The notes below the pieces were generated by a model. The model made no database searches. It was given only the letters and a program-made list of their open reading frames with translations, and was not told where the DNA came from. A DNA stretch of 61,035 nt, the filler included, from Sphacelaria rigidula (taxonomy: Eukaryota), in assembly GCA_964200075.2 (NCBI GenBank). It is 4 parts of 4 records of this genome, joined end to end, with 100 filler letters (N's around TTAATTAATTAA, not from the genome) between each part and the next. Parts side by side here need not be neighbours in the genome. Positions count along the whole stretch, not along the records: positions 30,573 to 45,755 come from CAXNAA020001874.1; positions 45,856 to 61,035 come from CAXNAA020001875.1; 2 more parts are not named here. One strand, written 5' to 3'. Numbering within the stretch: the stretch's first letter is position 1; each line of letters starts with the position of its first letter. The translations under genes and the position numbers were made by a program. Of this stretch, positions 35,301 through 46,345 are shown in pieces.

Positions 35301-38300
35301 TAAGGACAACTGTGGGACGGTCGATGCAAACAAATCGATCAGTCACGGAGGCTGAGATTTCAGGCTTGGGGCACCGGGGGAAGACGGTGCGGCAGCATAG
35401 TTGAATTTTCCTTTTTCCTTTCCATGTGATCAGAAAATGCATTTTATTCGGAAAAAATTGATAACTCATGACATTTTCCGATAGCCCAAGGTTATCAGAA
35501 AATCGTGATTTGCTGTGATTTGCTGTGATTTCGGGCTATCAAAAATTGTTTTTTGAAAATCCCGCCGCTCTCCAACACACCCTACAGCGCACAACAGCAC
35601 CCATGATTGCTTGGCTGCCATCACTACTGTTGTTGCTGCTGCTGCTGCTGCTGCTTCTCGTGGGCAGTCAGCGTGTTGCTTCATCGTCCTTCGCCCGCCA
35701 GTAGCGTGGTGGCCCGTTACCCCACGAGAACAGCACAGGGCAGGGCCGATGGCGAGTGCTGTACAGTCTGTATGTAGTCCGTACAGTATTATCGGGCATT
35801 TGGGGTCTGTGCATGCAGCGTGTTGCCAACAGCAGTCACGATGCAGTACAAACTGCCCACGCACCCAAGCCTTGTAGAAACAGGACGGTACTGACTTTAC
35901 TCACAAGACTGTACGCGGTGCTACTACTTTAGTACTACAGCCAATGCATATAACAATAGAGCACTGTCTGTACTGTGTACTGTTTTGTTGTCCGTACAGT
36001 CAGGTGGTACTGTGCAGCGAAAAAGCACAACCGTCAGTTCTACAGTCAATTAGCACAGCTATTATAGGCGGTGTTTTTTTTTATCGTCTTGCATCATGCA
36101 TGCAGCCCATGTATTGCTCAGTCAAAAATATGTTACAGTAGTACCGACAGTACGGACCGCGAACTTGAAGTTATGCTCACGCCTTGTAGATGACGATAAA
36201 CACTGCTTTTTCGACTTCGATACGGTCGATCACATTACAAGTGTTACTAAAAAAAACTCTGTTGAAAAAAGTATTGTTGAAAAACGGCTAGGTTGATGGT
36301 GTTATTTTTTATACATGGGAAACAGCCTAAGGATCATGATACACAGTTACAGACGCCAAACTCAAGCTACTTTGGTCTTCGCCCATCTCTCGGCGATATT
36401 TTTTGCATGAAAAAAGTCTTCAATCCGTCGTGTCAATGCAAGACTGTTTTTCATGTTGTAGCCGAGCCAATAAACAACTGTTATGAAATATTTTTCGTGC
36501 TGCAAGGTCATGTGAATTCCCCCTGTATACTCACATGTAAATACCCATCAACCGCCTGGCATCTTGTGGTAGTATTCCGCGCGTCACCTGCCGGTGTCCT
36601 TGTCTGCTCTGTTCGTGGCCGTACAAGACATGTATACAGTAAGTGTTTCAGTTTTGTTTCGTCTTGATTACGTCCATCATGTGACCACGGTTGGATCCCT
36701 GGGGGTCAGTTGGAGTTCGACAATCAAGCAATCAACATTTCATGACTGCTGTGCTATGCCCACACGGACAGGGGCATGAGTTTCGCTCCCACCGTCTGTG
36801 CAGGCCAGATGCATGCACCTTTTGCCCTTTGTAAGCTCAGTGTTCGCTGGTGTGCGCAGCCTCGTTCACAGAAATAACTGGGGATGGAGCCCAGCTGCTG
36901 CTGCCGCCGCCGCCGCAGTAGCAGCAACAGCAGCAGCACATCCAGATGAAAACGTGCCGAGAGAGCGTTATTCCCCTGCCTCCCCATGTTGCCTGCGTTC
37001 TGTCTACTGCTATTAATGTTTGCCGATGGTACCCTGGTACTCGGTGGCTCGACTGTTCTTGTACATATATATCCAGAGTGCGACGCGATTCGTTGCCGTT
37101 GTGCTGATGATGATGTTGCTACCCATCCTCCGAGCCGCACTGCAGCCCCCTCACAGGCTGGTTCACGCCTGTCACCCAAAACTGTGTCATCAGCAAATGC
37201 CTTTCGCAATACCTACCCAATACTCGCAAACATTATATCATACTGACCGCCATGGACAGCTGAAGAGCGTGACAAAGCCTGATTGTGTTTGATATCATAG
37301 TGGTGGCGCTAAGGGCAGAAGAGTACCTCGACCAATCAGCGCCCTTTAAATTGTTCTGAATTCGAAAATACGATCTTCGAGCCCAATTTTTCACCTCATG
37401 TCCTCATGCTTCAAGTCGCAGTATCCGCCATCAGCTCGGGAATCAAATGAAAAAAAAATAGATTTGAAAACGGTTACGTCTGGGTCGAAGTATACCCGAA
37501 ACCGTGGTGTTTCGGTGATGCAGGGTTTTGGCGTCGTCTAATTTCCATCGGTGATGCGAACGGAAGAACCAGGAAGCCTCATGACGGTTTTCCTCACGAA
37601 TATTGTGGAAAAGGTCAGATCGCCCTTAAACTCGGCGGCTCCGTAGGTTTTGATGCTTCAAATGAGAGGGAAAAAAATGTGTTCTCGACAACATTTCGTC
37701 AAAGTGTCTCCCTTCTCTACCGGCGTCCGGGAGTTCCAACGTGAAAACTCGGAACGCCACAGAATGCTTCAGTAGGAAAGTATATCGATGCGTCCCGGGG
37801 TAGTCCAAGGAGCATGTGTACAAAATTTGGTCGAGAAACTCGAAAACGCCATACAGTTTTTCTCGCCTTGACGTTGAAGATCCCCGAAAGACGTGTCTAC
37901 ACTACAACCAAGTATTTAGGAGTTAGCACGTTTCAAGCCCACGTCGTCGCACAAGAACGCAAAACTTCACGCCATTTTTAGGTATTATACCAATTTTTGT
38001 GGCAACAAATCTCGATTCTTTTGAGACCCCGAGTCCGAAAAAATCGGGGGGACTCAAATTTGCGAACTCAGAACCGGGGGAACCGTCTTACGGTTATGAT
38101 GAATCATCACGACTAAGCATCACCAAATTCACTATTTCTTCCGCCTGATTGCCCAAAAGGGAGAAAAAAGTTGACCGCTGTGGTCCAAGGGGTATCCACG
38201 CAGCTTTTGCGCTATTCCACGTGTCTGGGCTGCGTGTACCTGGGTTGCAACACTGAAAATAAAGCCTAGGGATTGCTTGGTACGACTCGAATCAATTATA

Positions 38301-41300
38301 CTAAAACCATGTAATATCCAGAGGAATCATTTTTCGTCCGACCCTTGGACCGTTGTATGGTACAGACAGTACATAGACAGATTTGTGAAACGGTTCTGTA
38401 CAAAGACGGTCATTTTCTGCGTGAGTGTGATACTGCGTACTCGTGCATGAAGCCGAAGAGCAGGCACGCGGTAAATGGTCGTTCGAGTACAGTGTCGTAC
38501 CTTGGTACCCTAGGGCAATACAGGGCAGGACACTCCATCACTACATTACATGATAATGCCGTGTGGCACTACACGATGGCACAGTCGGTATTGCGAGAAC
38601 AGAGAACAAACAGTGCGCAAGCTGAGTCCAGTAGTGCACTGCCGTACATCACCCCTCAAGTACAGCGACAACAGCTAGGAGAGGATAGTAGCGTTCGTTA
38701 TAGTGATACATACGGCAGGGCAGCGCAGCATAAAATACTACCATCGCCGGAGGGTACGGCGTCAGCACTTGTTATCCTCTTCTCAAACCCCGTGCGAAGC
38801 TGCTTCAGCAGCTGGCGCGGGCAGTAGGCACGCCTTGCGCTGTCACGAGACTGTCTTCCGCTGCTGTTGCAAAACTATCAAATGCCTCGTACTCTAGCAT
38901 TGTACGTCAAGGCACGTACGTCACCTCAAGACATCGGGGGGAGTCACGATCTCGCAACTATTTCCCCCGACTTTTTCGCCGTCGATTTGGTCCAAATCGG
39001 TATCTATAAAATGCATTCCCCGATATTTTCCCCCACGATGCTCGAAAGAATCGAGATTCGTGACTGCCGTAAAAGTTGGTCTTTAGACCCCGAGTTTTTG
39101 CACATATGTGCTACGGGTCATGGCGCAACTTCGATGGGCGACATGTTTTTACTTTTTGACCTTACAACTGTTTTTGGGGGTCCGACGGGATCCAAGTTTC
39201 CCCCCCAAACCCTGGGACCCCTCAAAAATGGTGTAAAAGTTGAAAAGTAGAGATTAAAAACTCAGCCTCCCAAAGTTGCGTGATGACTCATGACAAAATG
39301 ATGCAAAATTTCAGGGGCTGAGATCGACTTTGGTGGGAATGGATTTCGATTCTGTGGAGATCCCAATCTGTGCAAAATCGAGGGGACTCACATTTGTGAG
39401 AGTCAGATTCGTGGGGACCGCTTTATAGTCTCACATATTTGCGAAATGATTGATAGTTCGGTACACGGACAGTCATTTTCTGCATGAGTGTGGCATCGCC
39501 TAGTCGTGAAGCCGAAGAGCAGGCAGGCAATGAACAATCCTTCGAGTACAGTTGGATTTGCGAATCGCTCACAAAATATATAGGAAATTTCCCCCCGGAA
39601 GTGTGCTGGCTCTTACTGATGGACAAATCAAGCTAGCCAGTCAGAAACACAGGATCCGTCCGGTCAGTTCCAAGAGAACCCCAGAAGACCTTCTGCGCAC
39701 GGTACACACGCCGCCGCAGGTGCAGTGCCCATGGTCGTACTGATGGTTCATTATTCAAGTAAACATTGTTCGATGCAGATGACCCATCCTCGGGGTGACT
39801 ACAGACAAACCCAAATTTAAACAGAGAACATCAGCAACAGTACTACAATGCTGCACAAGAGCTGTGTGGTAAAGTACAGTACACTGCAGAACAGTACAGG
39901 CTGGGCCGCCCAAGAAGCTCGCTTTCCTTCAGCCCGTTCTAACTCACGATGTATCGCGAGTTGTGTCCACTATGACACATGGTGGTAATCGGCAAATCAG
40001 CGTGCGTCTTCAAATCCATGTAGAAATGCGATCCGACAAGGTCTCATCGAACGAAATATCAAACTGTAATCAACTGCGAAAGTGTAGAGAGTTGAGGTTA
40101 CTATGTGCGGCGGAATTAGGCAAGAGAAAACGGCTGAGATTGGATTTTCACGTACAGTCGGTTATGTGCCGCGTGGTGCCGCACAAGCTGTGGCACAATT
40201 CTCGAGCTCGATATTCAGTCGGTTTCGATGAAATTTTGACATGATGTACAGGAAGTATGTGCAAACACCCCTTCGTTCCTCCCGTGTGTATTTTTTACTT
40301 TTTTCGTGAATTATTTGCAACGGAACATTTCAGAACAGTTTTTTTTAAATTAAATCGCCAATAAATCACGCAGCAAAATAAAAAAGATAGGAGGAAAGGT
40401 TCGGTATTCGCACATACGTCCTCTGCATCGTGTCGAAATTTCATCGAAAACAGCTTGAAATTAAACAGAATAAACGCGTTTCAATTATTCGTAACTGGTT
40501 CACCTCTATATACTACAGTGACCGCTTGTCGACGGAATGACGCATTTCCTGCGCTCAATTTTGGATCGTCGTCGATGAAATGTTGACACGATGTACAGGA
40601 CGTATGTGCGAACACCCCACCTTCCATCCCCTGCTTTTATGGGTTTTTTTCCGGTAATTATTGGTGAAAGAACATTTCAGAACATTTTTCCCGGAACAAA
40701 ATTGCCAATAACTCACGAAAAAAAAAAGCAGGGGATGGAAGGTGGGGTGTTCGCAGATACGTCCTTTACATCGTGTCAAAATTTCGTCGAAAACGATCCA
40801 AAATTGAGCGCAGGAAATGCGTGTCAACATTCTTGGTGGTTTCTTGGGCGACCCAGCCTGTATAGTTCAGTAGATTGCTGTCTTCTATCTCTCCTTCCCT
40901 GCGTTCCTTCCTGTCGCTCCCATTACCTATGGCTATCACCATGGAACACATGAAATCGTCCTGCCCGCAGCTCTGAAGGTGAACCGTTGGGAATCCACGG
41001 TGGGTCGTCTGGGTCCTGTTCATATTTCGAGTCAAATTATGCCAATTCAATATATGCGAACAGAACACTGAAGCTTCGTGGCAGTGTAAGGGGGGATGTA
41101 GAGACGGCAGGCCGCATGTGGCGATAAACGTGGACTCTGCATAAATAAGCAAGGGACAGGAGAGCACAAGACAGTCACCATGGTGTTGTCTGTTGTAGTA
41201 CCCACCACGCTCTCTAACGTGGGTCCCTAGAGCGGCTGAGTATACAGCAGCAATGCTTTTTCTGTTATCAATTTGTCGGAGTGCGTTACACCCTGGCCCA

Positions 41301-44300
41301 CTTACTGACTTATGATGACAGAAACAAAGTTACTCTGAGTCGGACCTCTTCTCCCATTTTGCCCCGGCTCCATCCCGTCTGTGGGGTTTATTTCATTTGC
41401 TCTTGTTGGGGAGAGTCCATCGGTAGGCCAGCTAAATCAGAGACGATCTCGTCGGCCACGAGTGCGATTCGAGCGCTGTTTTGTGCGTTGTGTGCTTCAA
41501 ATCACACTGCATGTTTGGTCAAATTCGCTTTCCGGGAAAGTCCCACGCTCGGCACATCAGATGGCGAATAAGCTTTTATTTTGCAGAGTTTCAGGGAACT
41601 GTGGAAGAGTTGAGAAAAAAGGAGTTTGACGAGGCATTCGTATCAGGGGTGTGGAAGTTTATATGGCGCCTGAACAGGGAGGGCGATGCTTGAAGACACA
41701 TTTTGCTCGTTCTAAGGGTGTTTTTAATCAAGTGTATCCACATGGAAGAAAGGAAACGATGATGAATGGTCGGTAAAATTTCGTCGAACAACCTGAAAAA
41801 AATCGAGGGCTAACACCCCCTTCGATTCGCATGTTTAAAAGTGTCGTACCGTGGCACCGGAGGGTAGTACAGAGCAGGACACTCCATCATTACAGTACAT
41901 GATAATTCCGCGTGATAATACATGACACAATAGTCGGTATTGCGAGAACAGGTGGGCAAACAGTGTGCGAGAAAAGTTCAGTAATGCAGTGCCATACATC
42001 ACCCTCCAAGTACAGCGACAACAGACAAGGATAGTACAGTATCGGTCGTTATGGTGATACACACGGCAGCGCAGCGCAGCATGGAGTACTACCATCGCCG
42101 CAGGGTACGGTGTCAGCACTTGTTATCCGCTTATCAAACCCCGTGCGAAGCTGCTTCAGCAGCTGGCGCGGGCAGGCACGCCCTGCGCTGTCACGAGACT
42201 GTCTTCTGCTGCGATTGAAAAACGATCGAACGCTTCTTGCCCTACAACGGTACGTTAATGTACGTACGTCACCTTCCTCAAAATCGGGGGGACCTCAGCT
42301 TTCCAAACAAATGTTCTCAAATCGTGACATTCCAATTTTCCCTTCCTCGATTTGACCCAGATTTGGGTCCATAAGGAGCGTTTCCCGATTTTTGTTCCAC
42401 CGATCTGCGTACAAATCGAGAATGATGACTGCCAAAAGTCGATCTAGCTCTTGAAAACGCGGTGAAGTTTTGCGGATGAGTGTTTTCTTGGTTAATACGT
42501 GTGAGCCAGCCTGTATCTGTCCAGAGACTCCGATGTCGAGTTCCAAAAGCTATCCGATGTTTTCGGTTAAATCAGCCCGGCTGCCGCTTTGCTCAATCAT
42601 CTCTGGTCATTTTGAGTACCTGCAGCATAGAACCATCCCTCGCGAGGTCAATGGTCTTATGACTAAAGCATGCATGATCATGAGTACACCCCCTCGACCC
42701 GGTGGAGGCAAATTATACCCCGCGAGTACCGGGTTAGCGCTCCCTCCGTAGAAACCAGGTTTCGGGTTAACCCTTGCCATTGTGTTTTCATTCAGTCTTC
42801 AAGATATGACCATATTGTTGCTTGAGCACACAGGAAGAATATGTATATATTCATTTATCTCTCTAAGAATGACGATTGATTGGTTTGACGGTTGAAAGTG
42901 CTGCTGCGTGTACTCCGATATAGGCGCGTATTTCCTTTGAACCGAGAATTGAACCTTTTACCGATAAGAATCATGTTCCAATCGCGAGCTTTCGCTCGAA
43001 CCCCATGTGATGAATCTCGAGTGCATCGTCGTGGCTGCCGAATCATGATACGGTCGTCGACGTCGTCCTCTTTGGTACCGCATACGTAAAGTCCAAAACC
43101 ACCCCTTCCGTAGTAGGAAAGTATGGTAAGCAGCGACTACTCAATTGTGACACCACTAATATAATAACACCTTCACTTGACTAGTATAACTTTACCATGA
43201 CCTGGTTGAGTTCAGCATAAGCCGGTGAAATTCCAACAACATGTAGGCATTCTTCGATCGCTTGAATATTGTGTGAGTAGATCAAAGATAGCGCTCGTTC
43301 TGTATGGTTACGCGTTCTTGACTAGATGGTATCTAGTCTGAATATATTTCAACAACCCATGACTAGGGGGCTGGTGCCTTACAGCCAGCGGAGGCGCACG
43401 AGTGCACGGCACGCACGAAAAGACAAATGCCGAGGCATGCATAGCAGTGGCCACAGCAGTCCCAACCACCACAACAGCCCCTGCACGTCCCATCTATGTT
43501 TTTTTTTTTTCCCTGAAGGAGGGAAAAACCTCTCCTAACACTTACCCGCGAGTGGGTGCATGTGCCGATTACCCGGAGGCTCGGCTAGACCTCCTTACGG
43601 CAGTCATGTGAGGTAGGCGCCTCGGGTGTTCGGAAAGCGTGCTTAAGGCAGTCTGGACCCACTCAAACCCCCTGTAAACCTAACGCAGTGCACACGCAGT
43701 GAGGTACAACCGAACCTAGGTGAAAATAGCAATCAAGAATTCAGACATGGGCTCTTGTCTTCCCCCTCCAGCTGTCCAGGAAGCGACTCAATGGTTCAAT
43801 GGGTAAACTGTTCGCTTCCTGAGCAAAATATATGCCGTGTGGTCCCTCCCGGCATGACACCTGAATGATCTCTGGGGCCTCTTGCCCCTCGCAAGCCACA
43901 CTGTTCACACCCAGCTCCCCTTGCTGCTGCCCCACCTCGACGGTGCCCCCCCGCCCCTCCCCTAGTCCGGCGAAAACCCGTCGTGCTCCGTCCCGTCTTT
44001 GTAGGGACGGACCCCCGATGAGGTTGGCGTCGGTTGGCAACGACGCTGTAAAAGACGCCACTAACTGCGTAAGCTAGGCGACGTCACCATTTTTTTTTGC
44101 GCGCTTGCGTTTATTTCACGGTAACCATGATGGTTATTGAGCTAGACAATAATGTGCGGGGCGGGAGAACCTCAATTCCGCACAAATAGATATTAGAGAG
44201 TTTCGGAAAACAGAATTTTGAGCCAAAAACTCATGGATAATTTGCGTCTTCTTACTAAAATCCAATCGACCGATAATTATCCCTGAGTTTTCCGCCCTGT

Positions 44301-45494
44301 TTTTGTTTTCCGAAACTCTCTAATTTCATACTACGTGGTGATTAAATGGTGAGACACTCATGAGGCAGTGTGTAGTACGTGGATGTCTCCGGAAGTGGCG
44401 ATACCAGAAAATAGAGCAACTCATTGGAGGCTGTCATCCAAACGCAAGGAATCAGTAGCATCGGGCCGAACAATCTCAGCAGCGTGCAGTTCACCCTTCA
44501 TGCGACTCGCCAAAAACATAACGGCGCTTGGCGCTGGGTGATTGATTGCTAGCCCGTCCGGCGAAAACCCGGCGTGCTCCATCTCGACTTTGTAAGGAGT
44601 CGAGGTCAATGTTCATATGACTACAACATGCAAGATGATGAGTACCCCCCCGTCCCGCCCCGTCCCGCCCCTCCCCCTTCCCGCTTTTGGCACGAAAACA
44701 TAGGTTGTACCACGAGCCAGTGTCACTGCCGTGCGGTCACACGTACTGCAGGGGTTGCCTCAAGCGCGCGTTGGCGAGCAAACCCCAGGTGAGAGCCACT
44801 TAGGTAAAGCTCGGCAATAGCTCTTCCACATGTTGGTCGTCGTATAATAGTAATAGTGCACACACACGTATTGGATCCTTCGAGTGCGCACCTTGATGAT
44901 CTGGCTGCCCACCAACCCCACGTTTCGGCGCAACAAGTAGACAACAACATTCTGGTCATCAATTTTCCGTTCGTCTTGAGTGAGTGTGAGTTTCCGTCTT
45001 TTTCCCGAGGACTCGTCGCCGATGCTCAGCACACCGAAGGCATACAAGACGCCATCTGTACGGCGGTCCTCCTTTTCCCATCTTCCATATTAAGGATGTG
45101 ATTGTGCTGTCGGCTACGTAGTCGTCATGTTTTGTTTTGCCAAGCTTTTGCATCCGTTTGCAACTCGAGCAAGACCAGGTTCCTAATATTGTACATACAT
45201 CAAGCCGCAGCAACTGGAAACGTGATAATCTAAGATATATTTCCCCTCGCCCTCCCTGCCTTCCCCGTTTCCCCTTCCCCACCCTCGTACCCCCTCTCTT
45301 CCGCCTTGGATGCCCACCTGGTGCTTTTACTCCTGGCGTGTTGCACTAATCGGCATTGCGACTTTCGTGGGGAGTAGTGCCCTATGTGCCGCGCGGCGTG
45401 CCGCACGACCGCAGGAGAGAGTGGCACGAATTTAGCCATGGTAAACATCATAAAGAGCCAATTCGGCAAGGAATATGACGCCAGAGGGAAAGAG
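32342..45494 (+). CDS. C3HC4 RING-finger protein, probably LON peptidase N-terminal domain and RING finger (LONRF)-like; partial, 3 exons
   Basis: Exons ~32342-32595 (acceptor uncertain), 44704-44788 and 45378-45494 have GT-AG introns in matching phase (2, then 0). They join to PSEFECILCLRLYHEPVSLPCGHTYCRGCLKRALASKPQCPMCRAAC..TNLAMVNIIKSQFGKEYDARGKE. The RING is complete; the LONRF assignment rests on the post-RING segment and is an inference. Confidence 0.8.
35626..35655. repeat. (GTT/GCT)n microsatellite
   Basis: CTGTTGTTGCTGCTGCTGCTGCTGCTGCT. Confidence 0.8.
38380..38950. repeat. Repeat unit with a second copy split into 39450-39551 and 41840-42295
   Basis: Long shared blocks such as CAAACCCCGTGCGAAGCTGCTTCAGCAGCTGGCGCGGGCAG and GAAGCCGAAGAGCAGGCA. 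Confidence 0.8.
40540..40822. mobile_element. Fold-back MITE with ~99-bp arms; diverged sister copy at ~40205-40480
   Basis: 40540-40638 versus the reverse complement of 40724-40822 shows 6 mismatches by manual comparison. Confidence 0.8.
43499..44070 (-). mobile_element. Possible 5'-truncated poly(A)-tailed retroelement
   Basis: A T12 run on the plus strand (A tail on minus), ~230 nt of putative UTR, then a minus-strand ORF fragment (43741-44061). The family was not recognised. Confidence 0.35.
44192..44324. mobile_element. Small MITE, perfect 21-bp inverted ends extending imperfectly to ~50 bp, possible TA TSD
   Basis: ATTAGAGAGTTTCGGAAAACA ... TGTTTTCCGAAACTCTCTAAT. Confidence 0.75.
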
Positions 45495-45667
45495 GTACTA
45501 AGCTTTTGCTCGAAAAATATCCCACACACAAAAGTATGAAGTTGTGTCCACTGCTGCCTTCAAGATACCCCCCACAACGAAATCGGTCCGTCTCGACGTA
45601 CGCACTCATTTTACCGGAGTGTCGGCGTGAATGTGTCGATTTTTTTACCGCTGCCTTTCCAACCTCC

Positions 45668-45703
<36 letters not shown>

Positions 45704-45755
45704 ACTCCTTTCTTTTTTTTTTTTTTTTTTTCTTTTTTTTTTTTTTTTCTTTTAT

Positions 45756-45855
45756 NNNNNNNNNNNNNNNNNNNNNNNNNNNNNNNNNNNNNNNNNNNNT
45801 TAATTAATTAANNNNNNNNNNNNNNNNNNNNNNNNNNNNNNNNNNNNNNNNNNNN
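45756..45855. other. Artificial contig linker
   Basis: N44-TTAATTAATTAA-N44, preceded by poly-C/poly-T at the contig end. Confidence 0.98.
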
Positions 45856-46345
45856 AGCCCTGTGCTGGTGCTGCCGGGCCTTGCTGCCGGCCTACGAAAC
45901 ACGGATGAAGTCCGCGGCGGAAACAAAAAACTCCACGCGAAAATTAGACCCGGGATCATGCTGTACGAACTGCAAAATTGCACACGATCGCAGAGGATTA
46001 AGGGGTCGTCAATCACATCAACCCCCGGCTCCGTGACAACGCTGGTGTACGGTACAGAAGACACCACAGCACCCGAAGAACAGATTAACCCCCGCGACAC
46101 GCTGTTACGGGAGCACCGCAACTCTCCAATGTTCGATAACTGAATATGGAGGGTGCCAGGCGAGCACAACACGGTGTCAGTACGTCGGTTGTAGGTACTT
46201 GTTGAAGGGACGGCTGCAAATGCCCCTCACCCCCCGCCCGAATCCCGCGTCGGGTGGCCCCCGACTCGAACGGCTCTGGTAAATCACCAACAAAAAAACT
46301 TCGGCAAAATTACGGGAACACTCCGTCCAGATCCAGGACCCCCAG

